From positions 78,160-142,159 of the forward strand of contig ADNK01000023.1 in assembly GCA_000320545.1 (NCBI GenBank): a DNA stretch of 64,000 nt, given 5' to 3'. Positions 53,701 through 64,000 of this stretch are shown one piece after another. Source of the DNA: Bigelowiella natans CCMP2755 (taxonomy: Eukaryota; Protista; Cercozoa). Both the position numbers and the translations under genes were made by a program. The notes under the pieces were generated by a model, which searched no databases, was not told the DNA's origin, and saw only the letters and a list, made by a program, of their open reading frames with translations. The stretch's first letter is position 1, and each line of letters opens with the position of its first letter.

Positions 53701-56700
53701 GAGTTCATATGCGCGGCTATACCGCCAGCGTAAACGACATAATTTTGCATGTCACCCTCTTGCATACGAGATTCCATGGTCGCCGTAACCTCTGAGAGCA
53801 TAGAAGGAGACATCGGCAGAACACTGACCGTAAAGAGAAAGGAACTGCTTGCTCCGAAATTGTCAGCCACGAGGGCTCTAATCACAACCAAGCGGCTATT
53901 TGGATTCTCAGAGAGCACCGTTTCGTAGATTCCAATGCCTCGATAGTTGCATAGGCTAAGATAGATTGGAGGTCCTTGATTCTGCTGCGATGAACCGACC
54001 GACAGAGTGGTGTTCATGCCCTCTGCGGCTTCTGCTTCCGAAAGGGAATGAGAGGAAGTTACCATTTGAAACTTATATCTTAGTGGCAGGTCTTGATCAG
54101 TCCATTGATCACATGCGAGCCGAAATGAAGTCACAAGCGCCGTACCAGTATTTGGAGTGCTGCTACAGAAACCTATGCGTACGAGATGTCTTTCTTAGTG
54201 GTCAAAAGAGAAAAAGAAAGATGGCGCACATTGGAACTCGACGCACGTGCATAAGGATGTGAAGAGAAAGATGAAGGAGACCCATATCGCACGCACACAC
54301 ACATACACACACACTCACTCACTCATTTACTTATTTTATAATCGTACCTAAGGATGGCGGTGAATTTGTCAATATTCTTATGCTTGCCCATCCCGACAGA
54401 GAACGGCTTGGTCCCGGAGTCGACGATTTCACGTGCACAACGAACACAAATTCGCTACCACCAGAGAGAGCGTGTGGCTGCAAGATGAGATTGCTTGCCG
54501 TGGTGGAGGATCTCAAGATGGAAGGATCAGAGAGATTAAGATTCCCCGAGGTACACTCCCATCGTCGGACAACCGAAGTCTCGTTTAGTACCGTGTCGCC
54601 GTCCTTCGCCACTGAGGAAGGGTTGGACAGGTGATCTTTAGGGAAAATATCACTAGTTCTATACTGAAAATCATTGACCGTATGCTCGTGCATGTATGTG
54701 TCTACTTGTGAAAAATAGGTATACTATCGTCTAGAGGAGCTGACATTACCTACGGAAAGCATCAACTTGTCCTTGACATTAAGATAATTCTCTGCAGTTG
54801 TAACAATTGCGGCCTCGAGAACACCCAAGTCCGTTGTCTGTACCATCTGACGCGATCTCGCGTATCTCGGCTGTCCAGCTGCGAAACTCGTCACGTTGAG
54901 GTAAACTAAATACGTCTTATTGACTGTGAGCGCCTCCTTTCCAATGGTGAGCTCCGGCAGGCTTCTGTTGCGGGACGACGTTGGGATCGCAATCTGCTGC
55001 GACGACATCGAATCTACTACCGACCAGTTATACTGGAGGCGATGGGAAGGGTAGGCAGGATCAATCGAGGCTGTGGCGAGGAAGGTAATAAGACTGGAGG
55101 AGGACGATAGATTCGAGAGAGATATCAGTCGACTGGTCCCTCCAACTATTACTGCGCTCACAGGCTCATCTATTACACTGACGAAAAAGGTAACATTGGC
55201 TGCCCCTACTGTTTGATCGTTGGCATCTTTTGTAACCGCTAAAAACTGAAATGCATAGTCCTCCAACATCTCCAGGGTAAAAGCGGAAAGGCGAAGATAC
55301 AAAGAGAATGGATCAGGGATTGAAATTTGGGTTGGACCAGCGACCTGACTCCAACTACCGAATGTTCGCAATGACGTTGTGCTGCTCAAACCGCACTCAG
55401 CCTTTCGAACCTAACATACAAAGACGCGTTGGCACCAAACGTGAGAATGATCAACCCAATGTTGGACGAATAGCACTTCTTGAAAGTGACGACAGCAGCG
55501 GCAGTAGTAGTAGATGTGTTAGCTCTAGGATTAGAACAAAAAATCAAAGAAAATATTACCTGAACTGGAATTTCGAGAGGCGAGCTTCGCTTGACCGAGA
55601 TGCGATTAGGACTGGAAAAACGTAGGACTGGAGCCATTGTACTTCCTTTATAAATACTGTGCACTGCGGAAGTTGAAGATCCCAACCAATTCTGAACAGT
55701 AAGATTGAAGGTGTGCCTGCTTCCCACTTTGAACGCCTCCGTCGGGACTTTCAATATCCTCTTCGCGGAGGAGGTTACATTGTCCATCTGTATGATCAAG
55801 CTCTGATTGTGGGCCACATTCGAACCCAAGTATTTCCAGGAATATGTAAACGCCCGACCTGCACCTCCCGATTCGAGTGCAGCGAGCTCCACGCTCTGGT
55901 TACACGGCCCAATAAGGTCCATCCCCACGATGGATACAGCGACAGGTTGAGGGTTCATCGGCGGTTGTATACTAACCTCGGCGCGGCCAGTAGTAGCTTC
56001 TTCATTTCCCGCACCCTTTCTTCGGATGTAGCCAGGCTTAGTGACAATCCTATCCATAGGACTCGCGCGAAAGCCTCTCCCAAGCTTGATGGAAAGGTGT
56101 GTATCAGTGGCCCAAAAGCATTCAGGGTTGTGTCCCTCATCTCCCAGTATCCCCACCGTCGAAGCATCGAGGAGCATGAAGCATAACTCCTTTGGGCTTG
56201 AGGCAGCCGGTGTATCTGTTGGGATGTTGAAATGGAGAGCGATAGTGCTAACAGCGTCCCCATACCTTGCTACTATAGGTGTGGGGCCACTCATCGTGGG
56301 CTGGCTGGTGGTTGGACTATGAGTGGGGGTGCAGGTTGCGGGAGAAGGTGTAGTTGGAGTCAATGTAGGATGGCCTGTGGCGGGAGAGGTCGTGCTTGGA
56401 GATCGAGTGGGCGCATAGGTAGTAGGAGAATTTGTTGTAGGATTCAACGTTGCAGGAGAGATTGTTGGAGATTTTGTCCAATCTTTGTGGTAGATTATCA
56501 CCAAATACCCACCGTTACCGTTTCTTGAACTCGATTTTACACCCCAGGCGACATCATTGCCTGGATAGTCCACATCAGTGGTAGCTTGCAGAGGTGGTGT
56601 TTGATGTTCACCAGTGTAAGTGCCAGAGATATTTGGCATGCAATAAGAAATGTTTATGAATCCTGAACCCCCCCCTCCCGGTTGAGCATCTCCCCCCCCC

Positions 56701-57629
56701 CCCCCCCCTCCGAAGTATCCATCGCCACCTCCTCCTCCATCATCTGCTCCTGAATCAAAGAATGGCGGAAGTCCACCATTCCCCCCGAACAGATAGCCTC
56801 CTTTACGATTCTCATCATTCACTGCATTGCTATCGTAGCCTCCAGCTGTTTGGGTTCCGCCTGTGCCGCCATTATTATCGGCATCCTGACCATTTGTGCC
56901 CCCTCCAGCCCCCGCGTTTCCGCCATAACCTGCAACATTTTCAGATGAAGGATGAATTATATTTGGCAAATCTTACGATCTAGTGTAATGATTCTACCCA
57001 CCTGTTGCCCCGCCTCCGCCTCCAGCAATTGCGACAATGGGTTTGAGGGAATCTGAGGAAGTTGACAGACGAACCTCTGTGCGTCCACCCCCTCCTCCAC
57101 CATTAACATCCCCATTTTTACCATGCCCTCCTGCGGGCCATCCGGGGGTTTGTTCCCATCTCCCCCCTGTTCCTACTTTCATTTTCAACTCGAACCCGGA
57201 TATCTGGATGAAGAAGTATGCGCATATTACTCTTATTTGTGCTCAGAATCATCTAACCGAACAGGGTAAATTAGGGACGCACCTTCAGCGCATCGTCAGG
57301 TGTAAAGGAGCAGATGGAGAAACCACCTGCTCCGCTCCATCTACGATCTGAAAATCTACCGCTTCCACCCGAGGCACCCCAAAGCTTTAATGTCACATTG
57401 TGTACTTCGGCGGGAATGGAAACAGTGGAATTTGTCCTACAAACGTATCAGCACATAGGTACTCTAAAATATGATCTCAGGGGAATGAATCAGGCGATAA
57501 ATACCCTGTCGCAGGTATCACAGCTCTACAGATCCCATTGTAGCAAGAAAAGTTTCCGCTGTTGCTGCTCGATGCTACCGCAATTGCCAGAATAAACGAC
57601 ATACATCTCGTCGACAACTTTTCCGTCAT
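50796..57629 (-). CDS. Polycystin-1/REJ-like receptor: Gly-rich N-terminal domain, PT/SPT mucin-like stalk, REJ, GAIN/GPS, about 5 TM helices and a PDZ-like tail
   Basis: Gly-rich domain LWGASGG...GGGGG. SPT/PTT repeats (56270-56480). REJ-like motifs ESGGAGRAFTYSW, SIDPAYP and NSPPSLG..FRLACDQWTDQDLPLRYKF. GPS CAYWNGNEWSTEG...CQSDHLTPFSV. Polycystin-type RRHTWLSVW...SQKRL motif. Start codon uncertain. Confidence 0.8.
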
Positions 57630-58770
57630 CCTCCACACTCACAAAATCTTCAACTACAAATACAGGTAATTATTGTGAATACTATATTAGGGCATGGTCA
57701 ATTAAGCGATGGATGGCAGCACGTCTCTCTGTATGCACCTGAGGGAATCCGCTTCTAGGGGTCGCAGGTGCTGCGCATTAGCATTTAGAAAATGAAAATG
57801 GGAAAGTGTTTAGGATAGAGTGCCGATAGAGTACAACGGCTGCCAACAGTCCTTTTTTGGAAATTTATTGTAGGAAGTTTCTTGCATATAAAAAATATGT
57901 GTTCGCCACTTACACTCTTATAATAAAACAGAGCAATAATGTAAAACCGAGTCATGTTCTAGATCTAAACTGTTTTATTACTACATGTAGATCTTATGTA
58001 GACCCATGGATCTTGTAACCGCGGCAGTTTTTGAAGCCGTTTCCATCCGTCCAGAGTCACACAAGCCATCTTAATATTTAGAGCCCGTTTTTGAGCTGTC
58101 GGAGGATAAAATTCTCCTGCGGTGATTGTTGGATGTTCCTAGGCCAATTGACGAGCATTTCTTTTCTACGACAAACTAAGACAGCACTCCAAAAATACGA
58201 TAAATAAAATGCTGTTCGCCTGATGAGAAGATACAGGTTCCTTCCGATGGTATGTCCACAGAAAATATCCGCAGAGAAAGAAGGAAAATCCAGGAAATCG
58301 CCAGTACTCGTAGCCTATTTTCGTCTTTGCGACTGTTTCTGGGATTGTCGCACGCAACAATATTGGGGCGATTAGATCAATCTCCGACCGCTCCAGCGAG
58401 TGTAAGACCGGGAAGGGGGGGGAAGGGCTTGGGAGCAAACCTCTGCGACGCACCTTTATGTGGGAAGCTCTCGTACGTGCAAGAGATCCGATTGGATGCT
58501 CTTGCGCGGAAGGCGGGGGAAAACGGATGCATTTCAACACTTTTAAACTGCACGTGAGCACGATTCAGCACATCGGCTTTTGTTTTCGCGATTTCTTTCT
58601 TATCGGTATGAGTTGCTACGAGCGCATGGTCATTCGTATGAATGAGCAATCATGTGAAAAGGTCACTGGGAATTGTAGATCGACCCATTGATTGCCATGC
58701 CCTACCTATCCACCCACATCATTCTCTGTGTTTTTGTCGTGTTTCAGGGCTTCTTTGCTTTGGTAAAAGG

Positions 58771-59334
58771 ATGCTCTCATGCCAACGCAAGGCTGTTAGT
58801 ATGCAGCGCTTGAAGATTATTTTGAGCCGAAAATCCTCCAGTCGATTTTTCTCGAGTCAAGGCGAAGCAACAAAGCCTCTCTTCAACAAAATTTTGGTAG
58901 TACCTGACCCTCGGGATTACTCACCATCTTTTTCTTTCGCTAAGCTCGATCTCAGCCTTGTGATGGTTTTGGACCGCCACCGTTAGGTTGCAAATCGTGG
59001 TGAGATAGCTTGTCGTGTCTTCCGCTCGTGTAAGAAACTTGGCATAAAGTCCGTGGCAGTTTACAGTGAGGCTGATGCCGATGCTGTCCACACAAAAATG
59101 GCTGATGAAGCGGTACGGCACAGCTCTTGACGTGAATGTAGTTCATGATGTGAACAGGCAAGAATCTCGAGAATCGCTTATCAAAACGTTTACTTTGCCA
59201 TTTTCGTCTGAATTGAAAAGGTGTGCATTGGTCCTGCAGCTTCCGCTGATTCATATCTTCGAACTGTAAGTTGTAATTCGTTTCTCCCTGTCACTATGTG
59301 TGTGAATATTATTATTACGCGCATACACATGTAT

Positions 59335-59413
<79 letters not shown>

Positions 59414-59727
59414 AAATATAGTTTGCCTCCTTGTCGTTCTTTTATTATATTCGAGTAACACACGAGCCTTGTAGATTAATTCTCGTTCACTTTGTGTAGC
59501 ACTTTGGTTTGGCCCTCTAAAACGAGCATGCACATTCATTTTCATGTATAGTCTCGTAGAGAAATTCATGAGCTGCACACAATGAAGCGTCTCGTCGTCG
59601 TCGTCATCCTATAATCATCACATAATCATCATCATCATGCTTGCCAGGATCGGATCTTGGAGGCCATTGAGCAGACTGGCGCAGAGGTTGTATCAACCAT
59701 TCATCAATATCACCATATAGCAAAGAA

Positions 59728-59770
<43 letters not shown>

Positions 59771-59982
59771 TCGCAGAGAGTAGGTAAAAATTACGTTTTT
59801 ATTTGACGACTACTCCTTCCCCTTCTTTTTCATGGTCTTTTTCTTACTGCTCCCCATAGGCCGTACACCCCGGCTATGGATTCTTGTCGGAGAACTCTGA
59901 ATTCTCAAATATGCTTGCGGTAGTATCGTTGTTCATGGATGACGCACCACTGATGCCTCTATCGTTCAAAAGTACTGATTGT

Positions 59983-60023
<41 letters not shown>

Positions 60024-60954
60024 ACCTATCTATCCCTCCTCTGGCTCTCCTGTCCTCAGGAGAGAAACATAAAGTTTATAGGCCCAGGAGCTTTCGCCAT
60101 AAACGCCATGGGTTGTATTAGTAGTAAATAGTAGTAGTGGCGGAACGCTCAGTGAGATTTCTAACGTGAGGAGAGGTTGTACACAGCGACGGACGAATGT
60201 ATTAACAATGAACGATGACAGAATTCAATATGTCTTGATATCCACTCGAATGCAAACCACGCACAATCACGCACGAGCTGCTTTGTTATTGACGTATATG
60301 TGACTTACCCATCATTTCTGCTTTTGTCGTCACATGCCCCTTCCTCCTCCTCCTCCTCCTCCTCCCCCCTTTCCCTCCCCTCCCATCTCCTCCTCTGCTG
60401 ATAATTAAAGGCGACAAGATCCACTCGAAGAAAATCGCAAGCGATGCCAAAGTACCGTACCTACTCTTTACATAATTTTTAAAAACATGATGAGAAGAAG
60501 AACTGATGCCCGATTTCTCCCCCCCCTCCTTCCTGTCTGCAGGTCAACACGATTCCCGGGTATGTTGGGGAGATAAACAATGAAGAGGAGTTGCTTAAGG
60601 TGCAAGTCACGAAATGATGATTGATGTGTCACTCGACCTCCTATGTAGTGTTCTTCAAGCCAATGTTTTCCCTCCGATCTTGGGAGATTTAAGCGGCAAA
60701 TTCCGATGATTTTTGTCCCGCATCAACTGCGAATAATATTCCTGTCAGAATTTCTTGCCTTCTTTAAGGGCAGCTGAGATGCAAACGTTGACCGACGATT
60801 ATGATGATGATGATGATGATAAGCAATGCGTGGATATGGTTGCTTGTCACCGATATACATTTATATGGTCATTAATGATGACAAACAACAAAAGGTGGCC
60901 AACGAGATCGGATACCCAGTCATGATCAAGGCGTCTGCGGGAGGGGGGGGAAAG

Positions 60955-61015
<61 letters not shown>

Positions 61016-62079
61016 AGCGAAAATGATGATGATGATGATGATGATGATGATACGGAATAGGGGGGGCAGCTAAGTGGGTAGAGAGAACAGAATCTTGCGA
61101 ATATGCATATGGATGATATCGTATGTGTGCACCGATTTGGAGGGAGAACATTTATATGAGAGCTCGCGCACACGAAGCCGTGACGCGGATATACACACGA
61201 ATCATGATGATCATGGCGTGTATCTTTTTCTGGGGAGAGTAGCAGCACCAACACAACGCGTAGGGGTATTGTCGACGATCTGATGAGAATGATGATGATA
61301 ATGATGATGATGATGATGGTGATGATGATGGTGAAAATAATCATAGGGCATGCGCATTGCATGGAGTGATGAGGAAGCGAAGCAAGGCTATCGACTCTCC
61401 AAGTACCCATTCGTTTCGAGCTGTCTTGTTACGCAACTACCATCTTTGAATGTGATGATGATGATGGATGATGGGGATGATGATTATGATTATCAATGAT
61501 GATAATGGCGATATTGTGATGATGATGATGATGATGATGATGGTGATGATGACACGTTGATATTAGTACATTAGTACACTAGTCTTCCAATACGAAATTT
61601 CGAAGATAGAAAGTGAATAAAAGCAGCACCTGTGGAAATCCTACTTAAAACTGCGCAGCATCATCCTGCGAATATATGTGTAACGTGTCGGCACATGTCA
61701 ATCAATCTCTCAATCACTCTTAGGAGAGAGGCGGCAGCGAGTTTTGGGGACGACACGATATTTGTGGAGAAGTTCGTAGAAGATCCGCGCCATATCGAGA
61801 TCCAGGTCCTCCTCCTCTTCCTCCTCCTCCTCCTCCTCCCCCTCCTCCTTGCAGCTCTGATGTGCCGCTACTACTACTACTGCTACTACTACTATTCCTA
61901 TTACTACTATGCTTCAACTAATATCATTATCGTCAGGTTTTGATGGACAGCTTTGGCAACGGCGTGTATCTGAACGAGCGTGAGTGCTCGATCCAGAGAA
62001 GAAATCAGAAGGTCATTGAGGAGGCACCCTCCGTAGCTGTCGACCCGGAGACGAGAAAGGCTATGGGCAAACAGGTTGT

Positions 62080-62120
<41 letters not shown>

Positions 62121-62434
62121 GTGTGTGTGTGTGTGTGTGATATGGACAAGACGTTGCTCTTACGAGATCATGAGGACGAAGAGGAGGTGTCCTCTCGCTG
62201 CTGCTTCCTGGTCATTATTCGTTTATTTGATCGTTCACTGCTACTGCTACTACTACTACTACTACTACTACTACCACTACTATCGCTGCGCTCTAGGCTC
62301 TCCAGCTTGCAGCGGCAGTGGAATACCAAAGCGCAGGGACCGTGGAGTTTCTGATGGACAAGCACAAGAACTTCTACTTCCTCGAGATGAACACGCGTCT
62401 ACAAGTAAGTAGTAGTCAACACAGCCAGAGATAA

Positions 62435-62472
<38 letters not shown>

Positions 62473-62483
62473 TATGGTGATGA

Positions 62484-62514
<31 letters not shown>

Positions 62515-63275
62515 CGTGGTGGTAGAGACGATGGTGAGCGTGGTAGTGGCAATCTGCGTCAAACACATTCACAGATTGTTCTTTTTCCGTTGTTGTTGTT
62601 GCTGCTGCTGTTGTTATGTATTTATCGCAGGTGGAGCATCCAATCACCGAGTTGATCTCTCAGGTGGACTTGGTCGAACAGGTCCGTTCTTCGATAATAG
62701 GCGATAATAGAGGAGGGAGAACAAGAAGAAGAAGAAGAAGAAGAAGAAGAAGAAAAGAAGCGGGGGTGGGGAGAGGGGTGTTGCCAACACGTCGACATGT
62801 AATAAATACGGTACCTACATAAACGATGCAAGCTTGTATGTTCCTCCTTCGATATGGCCTCTTTCTTCCCATAGTCTTATCGTCATCTCGTCCTCTCCTT
62901 CTTGCTCCTCCTCCTCCTCTCCCTCCCCCCCGCCGTCATCATCATCATCTCTCTCTCTCTCTCTCTCTCTCTCCCTCTCTCTCTCTTTGTGTGTGTGTGT
63001 GTGTCGGGGCATGGTATAGATGATCCGGGTGGCGGCTGGCCTTCCCCTCGAGATGAAGCAAAGTGAGTAATTAGCAGCTCTGAGGACGAGAACGACGACC
63101 GAACGACGCGCTCTTTTTATCTATCGTTAAGCGTCTTATCGAAAGAGAGACAGAAGAGATAGAATAATCAGGATGATGATGGCCCACTAACTACTAACCT
63201 AGCGTATATGATGATTGCTCACCGTTGATGTGTTGTACACATCATCCTCGTCATCGCCGTTGTCGTCGTATTGAT

Positions 63276-63308
<33 letters not shown>

Positions 63309-63933
63309 CTCGTCGTCATCATCATCAGATGATATCGGCATTCACGGGTGGGCAATCGAATCGCGAGTCTATGCAGAGGATCCCTACCGGTATGCTACTA
63401 TCATTGCTACAACTGCTACTACCACTACAATCAAGATTTTCCTCTCCATTCACCTTGTTTGTCTCTCCTCCTCCTTCTTCTTGTTCTTCTTCTTGTTCTT
63501 GTTCTTGTTCTTCTTTCTCATCTTCAAACAACTCGTCGCCCTTCTCTTCCGCAGCGAATTCCTCCCCTCCACAGGACTTCTCACAAGATACAAGGTAATA
63601 GCTCATCCAGGACGTGGTGGTGTGAGTGGTGGTGGTAACGGTAGAGATTGGTAGAAAACACAGAAATCATGGAAGGTCGTCACCATCAACACAACCCCCC
63701 CCCCTTGCATATTCATAAAATATATCATCGCCCATCCACACAGGAGCCGGGGGGTGCGGACGTTCGCGTAGACTCTGGAGTTGCGGAAGGATCGGAGATT
63801 TCAATGTTTTATGACCCGATGATCTCCAAGCTTGTCACCCACGGGCCGAATCGTGAAGCGGTACTTCCTTCATCATCACCACCCGTCCTCTTCCTCCTGC
63901 TCCGCCACAAACAAAACAAACTCGTTACAGATC

Positions 63934-63969
<36 letters not shown>

Positions 63970-64000
63970 CAATGCTATTTAATCTTCTGGGGCAAATGAT
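58771..64000 (+). CDS. PCCA: Propionyl-CoA carboxylase alpha subunit (biotin carboxylase domain), mitochondrial-type presequence; continues beyond window
   Basis: Motifs in order: LFNKIL|[38 protein letters not shown]|[40 protein letters not shown]|[59 protein letters not shown] and [12 protein letters not shown] favour PCCA over MCCA. Confidence 0.92.
60957..61050. repeat. (GAC)n followed by (GAT)n microsatellite starting immediately at a PCCA intron donor
   Basis: GT + (GAC) x ~19, then (ATG) x ~9. Confidence 0.95.

Noticed and set aside
8246-63654. Numerous short ORFs with poly-YI, CV, ER, SL, H, M or T runs
   Set aside because: They are translations of intronic microsatellites, not coding sequence.
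58771-64000. Methylcrotonyl-CoA or acetyl-CoA carboxylase assignment
   Set aside because: [12 protein letters not shown] and [13 protein letters not shown] match the PCCA subfamily. MCCA typically has RRHQK and GHAFEARIYAE.
1-64000. Metabolic gene cluster, operon, CRISPR array, tRNA/rRNA or transposon
   Set aside because: Neighbouring genes are functionally unrelated. No spaced direct-repeat array, structural RNA signature, transposase/RT ORF or terminal repeats were recognised by eye; a covariance-model and repeat-library scan would be needed to exclude small elements.

Overview
Gene-dense eukaryotic nuclear DNA with many introns: mostly GT-AG, at least one GC-AG, and many packed with microsatellites. 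The style suggests a protist or alga such as a chlorarachniophyte, but that is inference only. Splicing exons by hand gives 13 protein-coding genes in strictly alternating orientation (+ - + - ...). In order: (1) a 5'-truncated protein with four RRGS/EF-hand-like repeats and a C-terminal CCC; (2) an SMP-30/gluconolactonase-like propeller; (3) a RING-H2 protein; (4) a single-pass membrane protein; (5) 3-ketodihydrosphingosine reductase; (6) a two-pore K+ channel with EF-hands and an atypical second filter; (7) an uncharacterised protein with many small exons; (8) an OEP61-like STI1/TPR tail-anchored protein; (9) a bacterial-type chorismate mutase-prephenate dehydratase fusion; (10) a three-domain glycosyltransferase-like protein (NodZ/GT23-like + DUF3431 + GT10); (11) a TH2-like HAD phosphatase; (12) a PKD1/REJ-GPS receptor-like protein; (13) propionyl-CoA carboxylase alpha, 3'-truncated. 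The most notable observations are the perfect strand alternation, with palindrome-rich (CTAG/TGCA) convergent spacers, and several enzyme folds whose catalytic motifs look substituted. No rRNA, tRNA, CRISPR array or transposon was recognised. Exon boundaries were read by eye and are approximate where stated.
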